From Verrucomicrobiaceae bacterium (GTDB lineage: Bacteria > Verrucomicrobiota > Verrucomicrobiia > Verrucomicrobiales > V1-33): a stretch of DNA of 64,000 bases. The translations under genes were made by a program, and so were the position numbers. Location of the stretch: assembly GCA_027483175.1 (NCBI GenBank), contig JAIXVE010000058.1:7710-71709 (forward strand), in the 5' to 3' direction. The number at the start of each line of letters is the position of its first letter. The first letter of the stretch is position 1. Shown piece by piece: positions 42,361-51,034 of this stretch. Below the pieces are notes generated by a model. That model did no database searches, was not told the DNA's origin, and saw only the letters and a list, made by a program, of their open reading frames with translations.

Positions 42361-43143
42361 ATGAGACCCGAGAAGAATGAGATGATGTGGCGGCCGATGC
42401 GGTTGTGCGAGGCGCATGATGCGGGGAAGTACGAGGCGCGGTGGTTGCGCGTGGCGAGGGCGGCGCGGATGGAGGTGAGGGAGCTGGGGACGGGCGAGGG
42501 CGGGCGAGTGTTGTGCCTTGAGGGGAGGGGTGCGGGCGGGCCGGGGTTGTATTTATCATCGGGGGTGCATGGGGATGAGGCGGCGGCGGCGGCGGGATTG
42601 CTGTTGTGGGCGGAGGCGCGGATTGATTACCTGAGGCGGCAGGCGGTGACGGTGGTGCCGGTGTTCAATCCTGCGGGGTTGCGGATGAACACGCGGCTGG
42701 ACGGGGAGGGCCGGGATTTGAACCGGATGTTTCATTTGAGGGAGGATCCGCTGATGGGGTCGTGGTGGCGGGTGGTGGAAGGGCGGCGTTACGGGGCGGC
42801 GGTGTGCCTGCACGAGGATTACGATGCGGAGGGATGTTATTGTTATGAGCTGAACGAGGACGCGGGGTTGAGGCTGGCGGATCGGTTGCTGGGGTCGGTG
42901 GAGGAATGGGTGCCGCGGGATGGGAGGAGGACGATTGACGGGCGGCGGGCGGATCGCGGGGTGATTCAGCGGCGGCGGGTGCCGGCATTGCCCGGGTTGC
43001 CGGAGGCGGTGGCGCTGTATCGGGCGGGGGTTCCGGTGACCCTGACATTCGAGACCCCGTCGGAGATGGAGTTTGAGCGTCGGGTGCGGGCGCATGCGGC
43101 GTTTGTGGAGGCGGCGGCGGGGGAAATTGAGAATTTAAAATAG
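42361..43143 (+). CDS. M14-family zinc metallopeptidase (succinylglutamate desuccinylase/carboxypeptidase-like)
   Basis: 260 aa. The HxxE zinc motif is in SGVHGDEAAA. NPAGLRMNTR and DLNRMF are present, and the third ligand context is CLHEDYDAEG. The stop codon 43141-43143 lies inside an AATAGTA-class array. Confidence 0.7.
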   Translation: MRPEKNEMMWRPMRLCEAHDAGKYEARWLRVARAARMEVRELGTGEGGRVLCLEGRGAGGPGLYLSSGVHGDEAAAAAGLLLWAEARIDYLRRQAVTVVPVFNPAGLRMNTRLDGEGRDLNRMFHLREDPLMGSWWRVVEGRRYGAAVCLHEDYDAEGCYCYELNEDAGLRLADRLLGSVEEWVPRDGRRTIDGRRADRGVIQRRRVPALPGLPEAVALYRAGVPVTLTFETPSEMEFERRVRAHAAFVEAAAGEIENLK

Positions 43144-43204
43144 TAAATAGTAAAAGGGGCTGGTGGGAGGGTTGGAAATAGTGAATAGTAAATGGTAAAT
43201 AGTA
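43125..43204 (+). repeat. two AATAGTA-class heptamer arrays, each followed by GGGGCTGGTGGG(A/G)
   Basis: Array 1 at 43125-43152 reads AATTGAG AATTTAA AATAGTA AATAGTA. Array 2 at 43177-43204 reads AATAGTG AATAGTA AATGGTA AATAGTA. Both are followed by GGGGCTGGTGGG, so the array plus its G-rich tail forms a duplicated unit. Confidence 0.9.
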
Positions 43205-43330
43205 AGAGGGGGCTGGTGGGGAGAGGAGATGGGGGACCGCGGATTTTGTGAATGGGCGGGGTGTGGGGGGGACGGGGTAAAGGGGTGACAAGGGGCTTGA
43301 TTTCGGGGAGTGGACCCGTTTTAAGGGGGG

Positions 43331-44017
43331 ATGATGACACGTCGTGACCTATTTGTGATGACTGCTGCTGCTGCGGCGGGTTCTGTGATGAGTGGAACTG
43401 TGGTGGGTGAGGAGGCGGCGATGGTGGCGTTGTTTGACGGGAAGACGCTGGAGGGGTGGACGAATCCTTATGAGTGGGGTGTGGCGGAGGTGAAGGACGG
43501 GGAGATTCATCTGACGGCGGACAAGAAGTTTTTTCTGGTGACGAAGGAGACGTACGGGGATTTTGTGTTTGAGGGGGAGGTGCATCTTCCGGAGGGGCAG
43601 GCGAACAGCGGGTTCATGTTCCGGGCGCATGTGGAGAAGAACCGGGTGTTCGGGTATCAGGCGGAGGTGGATGGGGATGCGAAGCGGAAGTGGTCGGGTG
43701 GGTTGTATGATGAGGGACGGCGGGCGTGGTTCATCAGTCCGGTGAAGGCGGATCCGAAGAAGGCGGCGGGAGCGGCGGCGGTGGGACAGGTGGATGAGGC
43801 GGCGTTCCGGGCGCGGGCTGGGGATGCGTTCAAGCGGAACGAGTGGAACAAGTACCGGATCACGTGCCGTGGGAAGAAACTGACGATTGAGGTGAACGGG
43901 GTGGTGACGACGGATTGCGAGGATGGGGTGGATGCGAGCGGGGTGATTGGGATTCAGCATCACGGGGAGAAGGGAGCGACGTACCGGTTCCGGAATCTGA
44001 AGATTCAGAAGCTTTGA
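43331..44017 (+). CDS. DUF1080 (3-keto-disaccharide hydrolase-like) domain protein with Tat-type signal
   Basis: Supporting segments are MMTRRDLFVMTAAAAAGSV, LFDGKTLEGW, YGDFVFEGEV...NSGFMFR and GIQHHGEKGATYRFRNLKI. This is the characteristic DUF1080 pattern. Confidence 0.85.
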   Translation: MMTRRDLFVMTAAAAAGSVMSGTVVGEEAAMVALFDGKTLEGWTNPYEWGVAEVKDGEIHLTADKKFFLVTKETYGDFVFEGEVHLPEGQANSGFMFRAHVEKNRVFGYQAEVDGDAKRKWSGGLYDEGRRAWFISPVKADPKKAAGAAAVGQVDEAAFRARAGDAFKRNEWNKYRITCRGKKLTIEVNGVVTTDCEDGVDASGVIGIQHHGEKGATYRFRNLKIQKL

Positions 44018-44182
44018 GGGCCTCTGGTGGGCGAGATGGAGGCGGGTGGGGGCGTCCCTCGGGTTTGACAGCCTGAAATCACGCGATTAAGGACCGCCCG
44101 AATGAAGTCCCCCGGAGGCTGGCGTGATGTCGGCGGCTGGGGGGATTCGTCCCCCAAAATTCGAGCATTTACCTGACCATCT

Positions 44183-45430
44183 ATGAGCGAGCGCAGAGTT
44201 GTGATTACCGGCATGGGAGTGTTGTCGCCCGTGGGGAATGATGTGGCCACGTTCTGGGAGAGCCTGAAGGCGGGGCGGAGCGGGATTGGGCAGATCACGG
44301 CCTTTGATACATCGGCGTACCATTGTCATATCGGGGGAGAGGTGAGGGATTTCGACTATGTGCCGTATTTCCGGACTCCGAAGGACGGGAAGCGGGTGGA
44401 TCGTTATGCTGGGCTGGCGGTGGCGGCGTCGAAGATGGCGCTGGAGGATTCGGGGATTGATCTGAATGCGATCGATCCGACGCGGGTGGGAGTGATGGTG
44501 GGGAGCGGGATTGGCGGGTTGGCGACGCTGGAGGAGAATCACACCGTGCTGCTGCAGAAGGCGCCGTCTCGGGTGTCGCCGTTCGTGATTCCGATGATGA
44601 TCAGCAACATCGGGAGCGGGATTATTTCGATGGAGTTCGGGCTGCAGGGGCCGAACATGGTGGTGGTGACGGCTTGTGCGACGAGCAATAACAATATTGG
44701 GGAGGCGTGGCGGATCATCAAGTTCGGGGATGCGGACGCGATGCTGGCGGGTGGTGCGGAGGCGTCGATTCTGCCGATGGGGTTGTCAGGATTCGGGAAC
44801 ATGCGGGCGTTGTCGCTGCGGAATGATGAACCGGAGCGGGCGTCGCGGCCGTTTGACCGCGGGCGTGATGGGTTTGTGATGGGTGAGGGGGCTGGGGTGA
44901 TGATGATTGAGGAGCTGGAGCATGCGAAGCGGCGCGGGGCGCGGATTTATGCGGAGCTGATTGGTTATGGGGTGAGTGCGGATGCGAATCACCTGAGTGC
45001 GCCGTCGCCGGACGGGAGTGGGCCTTCGCGGGCGATGATGATGGCATTGCGGCACGGGAAGGTGAATCCGGAGGACGTGCAGTATCTGAATGCGCACGCG
45101 ACGTCGACGGGGTTGGGGGACATTGCGGAGACGAAGGCGATCAAGCTGGCGTTTGGCGAGTATGCGAAGCGCGGGTTGCTGGTGAGTTCGACGAAGAGCA
45201 TGACCGGGCACCTGCTGGGAGCGGCGGGCGGGGTGGAGCTGGCGGCGAGTGTGCTGGCGATTCGGGACGGGATTATTCCGCCGACGATCAATCTGGAGGA
45301 TCAGGATCCGGAGTGTGATCTGGATTGTGTGCCGAATCATGCGCGGGAGGCGAAGGTGGATGTGGCGATGAGCAACAGTTTCGGGTTTGGCGGGCACAAT
45401 GCGACGGTGCTGGTGCGGCGGTTTTCGTGA
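44183..45430 (+). CDS. fabF: beta-ketoacyl-ACP synthase II
   Basis: 415 aa. It begins RRVVITGMGVLSPVGN, has the active-site Cys context VTACATS, and has the His motifs in NAHATSTGLGD and GHLLGAAG. The C-terminus carries NSFGFGGHNATVL. Confidence 0.95.
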   Translation: MSERRVVITGMGVLSPVGNDVATFWESLKAGRSGIGQITAFDTSAYHCHIGGEVRDFDYVPYFRTPKDGKRVDRYAGLAVAASKMALEDSGIDLNAIDPTRVGVMVGSGIGGLATLEENHTVLLQKAPSRVSPFVIPMMISNIGSGIISMEFGLQGPNMVVVTACATSNNNIGEAWRIIKFGDADAMLAGGAEASILPMGLSGFGNMRALSLRNDEPERASRPFDRGRDGFVMGEGAGVMMIEELEHAKRRGARIYAELIGYGVSADANHLSAPSPDGSGPSRAMMMALRHGKVNPEDVQYLNAHATSTGLGDIAETKAIKLAFGEYAKRGLLVSSTKSMTGHLLGAAGGVELAASVLAIRDGIIPPTINLEDQDPECDLDCVPNHAREAKVDVAMSNSFGFGGHNATVLVRRFS

Positions 45431-45538
45431 GTTGATGCCGCGCGGAGATTCCTGGGGTCGTTGTGGGATTTCTGTGGCGGCGGGTTGGCGGAGTGGGTTA
45501 GAGTGGGAAGTGCCTTGAATTGATTCGGGCGCTGACTG

Positions 45539-47035
45539 GTGATGACGCGTGTAGTTTTGAGAACGATGGTTTCGCTGCTGGTGACGGTGGCGGGTGCGCG
45601 TGCGGGGACTGGTGGGGAGGCGGGTGTTTTCAGTCGTCAGCCGTATCTGCAATTGGCGACGCCGACGACGGTGACGGTGGTGTGGCGGACGCGGGTGGCG
45701 ATGCAGGGGGAGTTGAGGGTTAGGGAGAAGGGTGGGGACGGAGTTGTGAGGTTGCCGGTGGAGAAGATGACGGTGAGGCGGCTGGTGGAGGATGGGGAAT
45801 CGAGTGCGGGGGCGAGGGCGCTGCATTCAGCGCCGCCGGGGACGTGGCAGTACGAGGCGACGGTGAGCGGGTTGAAGCCGGATACGGCGTATGGTTATGA
45901 GATTGTGGATGGGGGGAAAGTGGTGACGCCTGCGGATGGGAGTTGTGTGCTGCGGACGCATCCTGAGGTTGGGGCGGTGAGGCCGTTTTCGTTCTGGGTG
46001 GTGGGGGACAGCGGGACGGGGAGTGAGAGTCAGAAGGGCGTGTATGAGTCGTTCAAGGCCTGGCGTGCGAAGGCGAAGCGGGACGTGGATTTTTATGTGC
46101 ATGTGGGGGACATGGCGTACAAGAACGGGAGGGACGCGGAGTTTCAGTTCGGGTTTTTCGGGGTTTATGCGGAGACCTTGAGGGGATTGACGTGCTGGCC
46201 GGCGATGGGGAATCACGAAGGGCGCACGTCGAGCGGGAGGAGCGGGGTGGGGCCGTATTACGATGCGTATGTGACGCCGACGCGGGGTGAGGCGGGAGGG
46301 TTGGCGAGCGGGACGGAGGCTTATTATTCGTGGGATTACGGGCGGACGCATTTTGTGTGTCTGGACACGTATGACCTGGCGGTGACGGCGGATGGGGCGA
46401 TGTCGCAGTGGCTGAAGGCGGACCTTGAGAAGACGAAGGCGGAGTGGGTGATCGCGTACTGGCATCATCCGCCGTACACGAAGGGGTCGCATGATTCGGA
46501 TGGTGAGCTGGATCTGACGGAGGTGCGGGAGCATCTGATGCCGATCATTGAGTCGGGCGGGGTGGATCTGGTGCTGGCGGGGCACAGTCATGTTTATGAG
46601 CGGTCGTTTCTGCTGAACGGGGCGTATGCGACGCCGACGGTGGCGGCGAACGTGGTGCTGGATGACGGGACGGGTGATCCGTTGAAGGGAGGCCCGTATC
46701 ACAAAGTGCCGGGGTTGGTGCCGAACAGCGGGACGGTGCAGATTGTGGCTGGGAATGGCGGGCAGGTGCTGCAGCGGAGGCATTATCCGAGTCCGGTGAT
46801 GTGGAAGACGATTACGGAATGGGGGTCTGTGCTGGTGGATGTGGATGGGCGGACGCTGACGGCGACGATGCTGGATGTGCATGGGAAAGTGCGGGACACC
46901 GTGCAGATTGTGAAGGATGCGAAGGCGGTGGCGGGGAGGATTTCTGAACCAAAGCCTCCGGGGGAACCTGAGGGGCCGTATGAGTTGAAGAGTCGGGTGG
47001 TGGTGCCGGGGGCGGAGGGGTTGGGCGGCCCGTGA
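45539..47035 (+). CDS. purple-acid-phosphatase-like metallophosphoesterase (paralog 1)
   Basis: 498 aa with a signal peptide. Metallophosphoesterase motifs are GDSG, GDMAY, GNHE and GHSHVYER, and WHHPPYTKGSHDSD is present. Confidence 0.85.
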   Translation: MMTRVVLRTMVSLLVTVAGARAGTGGEAGVFSRQPYLQLATPTTVTVVWRTRVAMQGELRVREKGGDGVVRLPVEKMTVRRLVEDGESSAGARALHSAPPGTWQYEATVSGLKPDTAYGYEIVDGGKVVTPADGSCVLRTHPEVGAVRPFSFWVVGDSGTGSESQKGVYESFKAWRAKAKRDVDFYVHVGDMAYKNGRDAEFQFGFFGVYAETLRGLTCWPAMGNHEGRTSSGRSGVGPYYDAYVTPTRGEAGGLASGTEAYYSWDYGRTHFVCLDTYDLAVTADGAMSQWLKADLEKTKAEWVIAYWHHPPYTKGSHDSDGELDLTEVREHLMPIIESGGVDLVLAGHSHVYERSFLLNGAYATPTVAANVVLDDGTGDPLKGGPYHKVPGLVPNSGTVQIVAGNGGQVLQRRHYPSPVMWKTITEWGSVLVDVDGRTLTATMLDVHGKVRDTVQIVKDAKAVAGRISEPKPPGEPEGPYELKSRVVVPGAEGLGGP

Positions 47036-47154
47036 CGGGAGAGTGGGCGGGATGGGAGGAATTCCGCGAATTTGGGCGGATTTTCTGTGGCGTGGGTGGG
47101 GGCGCGGTCGTTGGTTGGGTGAGGGTCTGGAATTCAACCGGGCGCTGACACTGC

Positions 47155-48648
47155 ATGACACGTATTCTTCTCAGTTCTGTTGTTTCGCTGCTGCTGACGG
47201 TGGCGGTGAGTCCTGCGCAGTCGGGTGATTCTGGCGGGGTGTTCAGTCGGCAGCCGTATTTGCAGATGGCGACGCCGACGACGGTGACGATTGTGTGGCG
47301 GACGCGGGTGGCGATGGTGCCGGAGGTGAGGGTTGGCTTGAAGAGTGGTGCGTCGGTGGTGAAGGTGCCGGCGGAGAAGATGACGGTGCGGCGGCTGGCG
47401 GGGGATGGGGGATCGAGTGCGGGGGCGAAGGTGCTGCATTCTGCGCCTGCGGGGACGTGGCAGTATGAGGCGACGGTGAGCGGGCTGAAGCCTGACACGA
47501 AGTATGTGTATGAGATTCTGGATGGCGGGAAAGTGGTGACGCCTGCGGATGGGAGTTGTGTGCTGCAGACGAACCCTGAGCCGGGGGCGGCGCGGCCGTT
47601 TTCGTTCTGGGTGGTGGGGGACAGCGGGACGGGGAGTGACAGTCAGAAGGCGGTGCACAATTCGTTCAAGGCGTGGCGTGCGAAGGCTAAGAAGGACGTG
47701 GATTTTTATGTGCATGTAGGGGACATGGCTTACAATTTCGGGCGGGACGCGGAGTTTCAGTTCGGGTTTTTCGAGGTGTATGCGGACACACTGCGCGGGC
47801 TGACGTGCTGGCCGGCGATGGGAAATCACGAGGGGAACACGTCGAATGGGAGCACAGGGGTGGGGCCGTATTACGATGCTTATGTGACGCCAGCGAAGGG
47901 TGAGGCCGGGGGATTGGCTAGTGGGACGGAGGCGTATTATTCGTGGGATTATGCGAGGACGCATTTTGTGTGTCTGGATTCGCATGATCTGCCGCGGAAG
48001 GCGGACGGGGCGATGGCGCAGTGGCTGAAGGCGGATCTGGAGAAGACGAAGGCGGATTGGGTGATCGCGTACTGGCATCATCCGCCGTACACGAAGGGGT
48101 CGCATGATTCGGACAAGGAGAAGGATTTGATAGAGGTGCGGGAACATCTGCTGCCGATCATTGAGGCGGGCGGGGTGGATCTGGTGCTGACGGGGCACAG
48201 CCATGTTTACGAGCGGTCGTTTCTGCTGAACGGGGCGTACGGGACGCCGACGGTGGCTGCGAACGGTGTGCTGGATGACGGGCCGGGCGATCCGTTCAAG
48301 GGTGGGCCCTATCACAAGATGCCGGGATTGGTGGCGAATAGCGGGACGGTGCAGATTGTGGCGGGCCATGGCGGGCAGGCGCTGTCGCGGAAGGAGCATC
48401 CGAGTCCGGTGATGTGGAAGACGATCACGGAATGGGGATCGGTGCTGGTGAATGTGAATGGCCGGACCCTGACGGCGATGATGCTGGATGCGGATGGTAA
48501 GGAGCGGGACACGGTGCAGATTGTGAAGGACGCGAAGGCGGTGCCGGGGAAGATTGCGGCGCCGAAGCCTCCAGGGGTGCCGGAGGGGCCATTGAAGATG
48601 AAGAGTCGAGTGGTGGTTCCTGGAGCGACGGTGCCTGACAAACCGTGA
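47155..48648 (+). CDS. purple-acid-phosphatase-like metallophosphoesterase (paralog 2, tandem duplicate)
   Basis: 497 aa, colinear with paralog 1 over its whole length and roughly four-fifths identical by eye. The same metal motifs are present. The upstream leader is also similar (GGGCGCTGAC...ATGAC(G/A)CGT). Confidence 0.85.
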   Translation: MTRILLSSVVSLLLTVAVSPAQSGDSGGVFSRQPYLQMATPTTVTIVWRTRVAMVPEVRVGLKSGASVVKVPAEKMTVRRLAGDGGSSAGAKVLHSAPAGTWQYEATVSGLKPDTKYVYEILDGGKVVTPADGSCVLQTNPEPGAARPFSFWVVGDSGTGSDSQKAVHNSFKAWRAKAKKDVDFYVHVGDMAYNFGRDAEFQFGFFEVYADTLRGLTCWPAMGNHEGNTSNGSTGVGPYYDAYVTPAKGEAGGLASGTEAYYSWDYARTHFVCLDSHDLPRKADGAMAQWLKADLEKTKADWVIAYWHHPPYTKGSHDSDKEKDLIEVREHLLPIIEAGGVDLVLTGHSHVYERSFLLNGAYGTPTVAANGVLDDGPGDPFKGGPYHKMPGLVANSGTVQIVAGHGGQALSRKEHPSPVMWKTITEWGSVLVNVNGRTLTAMMLDADGKERDTVQIVKDAKAVPGKIAAPKPPGVPEGPLKMKSRVVVPGATVPDKP

Positions 48649-48649
48649 C

Positions 48650-49594
48650 ATGAGAGAGGTGCGCGGGTTGCTGGTGGCGGGGATGGTGGTGCTGCTGAGT
48701 GCTGCGGGGGAGTTGCGGGCGGATCCCGGGCATGAGGTGAGCATTGCGGAGTTGAGTGCGCAGATTGAGAAGACCCCGGAGATTCCGGAATTGTACTATC
48801 AGCGGGCGGTGAATTACCGGGAGATCGGGAAGGTTGCGGAGGCGCGGGCGGATTTTGCGAAGGCGCTGATGCTGGGACCGGGGTTTCTGCCGGCGGGGAG
48901 GGAGCTGGCGCGGATGGATGCGGAGGCGGGGAAGCGTGCGGAGGGGATCGAGCGGCTGAAGAAGCTGTTAGCGGGGGCTCCGGCGGAGGCGGCGTTTCAT
49001 GTGCCGGGCTGCTGTGCGGCGCTGGCGGATTTGTTATTGAAGGAAGGTCGGAACGAGGAAGCGCTGGCGGCGGCGGCGAAGGGGATTGAGGCGTCGGAGG
49101 AGATCAGCATAGATCTGTACCTGTTCCGTGCGGAGGCGCAGCGGCGGCTGGGGAAGCATGAGGATCGGGTGCGGGATCTGGCGGAGGCGGCGGGGAAGCT
49201 GAAGAGCATTGTGCTGAGGATCGCGTGGATCGAGGCGCTGATCGATGCGGGGCGGACGGCGGAGGTGCTGCCGGAGATCGAGGCGGAGATTGCGACGTGC
49301 CGGTTTCAGGCGGCGTGGCGGATTCGGCGGGCGCGGGCGCTGCTGAAGGTGCCACGAAAGGAGGAGGCGATGGAGGAACTGGCGAAGGCGCTGGTGGAGA
49401 TTGAGGGCCGGCTGAGGCCGGAGCGGCCGGATCTGACTTTGTTGTGCGAGCGGGCGCTGATCTATGCGCTGACGGGGCGTCGGGCGGAGGCGGAGGCGGG
49501 CCTAGCGGAGGCGCGGGAGCGCGGGGCGGACGGGTGGATGACGCGGAATCTGGAGGCGGTGCTGGGGAAATTAAGAATTGAAAATAGTAAATAG
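48650..49594 (+). CDS. TPR-repeat protein with signal peptide
   Basis: 314 aa with TPR-like helices (YYQRAVNYREIGKVAEARADFAKALMLGPGF..). It starts 2 nt after the upstream stop. Its stop codon 49592-49594 lies inside an AATAGTA-class array. Confidence 0.7.
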   Translation: MREVRGLLVAGMVVLLSAAGELRADPGHEVSIAELSAQIEKTPEIPELYYQRAVNYREIGKVAEARADFAKALMLGPGFLPAGRELARMDAEAGKRAEGIERLKKLLAGAPAEAAFHVPGCCAALADLLLKEGRNEEALAAAAKGIEASEEISIDLYLFRAEAQRRLGKHEDRVRDLAEAAGKLKSIVLRIAWIEALIDAGRTAEVLPEIEAEIATCRFQAAWRIRRARALLKVPRKEEAMEELAKALVEIEGRLRPERPDLTLLCERALIYALTGRRAEAEAGLAEARERGADGWMTRNLEAVLGKLRIENSK

Positions 49595-49596
49595 TA
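49569..49596 (+). repeat. heptamer array (AATTAAG AATTGAA AATAGTA AATAGTA)
   Basis: Four tandem cytosine-free 7-mers. Stops at 49572, 49579, 49585, 49588, 49592 and 49595 cover all three frames. Confidence 0.9.
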
Positions 49597-49765
49597 AATT
49601 TGGGACGGTGAGGTGGGCGTGTGGGAGCGGCTTGTTGGGAGGGGTGGGGCTGATGCGGAGGCGCGAAGGATGGCTAGTGGGGAGGGGCGGGCCGCGCGCA
49701 CTCTGTGCGCTCCGAGAGCTGTGATTCTCCAAGCAGGGCAGAGCCTGCGGCGGGCTTGTTCGGAG
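49597..49765 (+). repeat. GC-rich intergenic repeat module (copy E)
   Basis: It contains GCGCAC-TCT-GTGCGC (49696-49710), followed by GAGAGCTGTGATTCTCCAAGCAGGGCAGAGCCTGCGGCGGGC. It aligns with 14517-14564 and 50859-50905. Confidence 0.85.
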
Positions 49766-49958
49766 GGTGCGTGTTGGTTCATGGCTGCGCTTGTGCGAGA
49801 GGGTGAACTGTGTTCTCACTTTACTCATGAGTTGCTCGTGGGTCTTCGATGTCGGAGATGGGGGTCGTTACCGCTCTCATTGACCCGCCGTCGATTTCGC
49901 GGTAAACTCGTTATCCGTTAATGTTGAGACTGCCAAGGTCGAGCAGAAAGAAATCGTT

Positions 49959-50312
49959 ATGAGATGCCTGATTGTGATGCTTTTGTGGATGGGGGCGAAT
50001 CGATGTCTGAGCGAAGCGGGAGCTAAAGCCAATTCCAGATTGAATTCCGAGGGTGAGGCGGCGGCGAGAGCTGAAGCTGATGAAAAAATGTTCGCGTCAT
50101 GGATTGAAGAGGTGGAGGAAGGAGGAATGCGACTAGTGCATCCGATCGGGGAATTGGGGCTGGAGCTTCTGAAGGGCGGGCAGGAGCCTGGTGAGGCGGA
50201 GGTCAATGGAGTGGGGGTGCTTTCGTTCGTCGAGAGTGAGTCCGTTACGGCGAGCGACGAGAGTCTTCGATATCTGATCAAGCTGCTGAAGTCGGACAAT
50301 CTTGGGGTTTGA
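49959..50312 (+). CDS. hypothetical small protein (weak call)
   Basis: 117-aa ORF in a lower-GC segment. A competing 140-aa ORF lies on the opposite strand (49877-50299). The plus strand is preferred only because its stop overlaps the next plus-strand ORF. Confidence 0.3.
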   Translation: MRCLIVMLLWMGANRCLSEAGAKANSRLNSEGEAAARAEADEKMFASWIEEVEEGGMRLVHPIGELGLELLKGGQEPGEAEVNGVGVLSFVESESVTASDESLRYLIKLLKSDNLGV

Positions 50313-50326
50313 GTTATTGTCTGTTT

Positions 50327-50755
50327 ATGAGAACGTTGATCTGGTTGTTTCCGATGCTGCTGCTTGCGTCAGGCTGCAGGAATGTCGAGCCGGCGCGGAA
50401 TTGTGCGGTGTATCAGTATCGCCACCACGTTGGTGATCCATTTTCTGGCAGAGAGGGCGTTGATGAATTGCGTCAGTGTGGCGAGGTTCCGGTTCCGGGT
50501 GGGTTGTTGGCGTCGATGAGTCAGCTCGAACCGCTGAGGGTAAGCACGTCTGCTGATTGGTTGTGGATTGTTCTGCTGAGTCCGAGTGAGTGTCTCGTTT
50601 TGTGCTCGGATAGGGTTTCGCTGCGGAAAGGCAAATACAGGATGGAGGGCGGAGGGGTGGTGGTAGATGGGGATTTAATGTTTTTCAGGGACGCGAGGGT
50701 TGCCGGTGAGATGTTTGATATTCTGGCGAGGTCGGGAATTGTGAAGGAGAAGTAG
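50327..50755 (+). CDS. hypothetical lipoprotein
   Basis: About 142 aa from ATG 50327: MRTLIWLFPMLLLASGC|RNV, a good lipobox. No family recognised. It lies in a lower-GC segment. Confidence 0.45.
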   Translation: MRTLIWLFPMLLLASGCRNVEPARNCAVYQYRHHVGDPFSGREGVDELRQCGEVPVPGGLLASMSQLEPLRVSTSADWLWIVLLSPSECLVLCSDRVSLRKGKYRMEGGGVVVDGDLMFFRDARVAGEMFDILARSGIVKEK

Positions 50756-50770
50756 GGCGATTTGTTTGTG

Positions 50771-50907
50771 GGAAGGTGGGCTTGATCGGAGAGGCGCGAG
50801 TACGGAGCCTCGCGTGCCCGGGATTGAACGGAGAGTGGGCCGCGCGCACTCCGTGCGCCCTGAGAGCTGTGATTCTCCCAGCAGTCCAGAGCCTGCGGCG
50901 CGCTGGG
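50771..50907 (+). repeat. GC-rich intergenic repeat module (copy F)
   Basis: About 120 nt aligns with 14441-14564. Elements are CGCGAG-N8-CTCGCG (50795-50814), GCGCAC-TCC-GTGCGC (50844-50858) and GAGAGCTGTGATTCTCCCAGCAGTCCAGAGCCTGCGGC. Confidence 0.9.
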
Positions 50908-50935
50908 GATTTGAGATTTGAAATTTGAGATTTGA
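50908..50935 (+). repeat. heptamer array (GATTTGA GATTTGA AATTTGA GATTTGA)
   Basis: With its flanks, the 33-nt string GGGGATTTGAGATTTGAAATTTGAGATTTGAGA (50905-50937) is identical to 33495-33527. Confidence 0.95.
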
Positions 50936-51034
50936 GATGGGCTGGTTTTGAGGGGACGAGGCTCGTGGGGAGGGGGTAGAATGGGGGTGTTGAAGGAAAT
51001 TGACGGGTGGGGTGTGGCTTGCCATGGTGGGGGG

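Noticed and set aside
44065-44093. Sigma-70-like promoter TTGACA-N17-TAAGGA upstream of fabF.
   Set aside because: The -35 match is perfect but the -10 hexamer is poor. Promoter consensus for this lineage is not known to me. There is too little evidence to annotate it.
49597-50907. Integron-like gene cassette with attC-like hairpin repeats.
   Set aside because: I could not find the attC R-box consensus (GTTRRRY / RYYYAAC) in the modules, and no intI-type integrase or attI is present in the window. The cassette-like layout is kept as a separate, weaker hypothesis.
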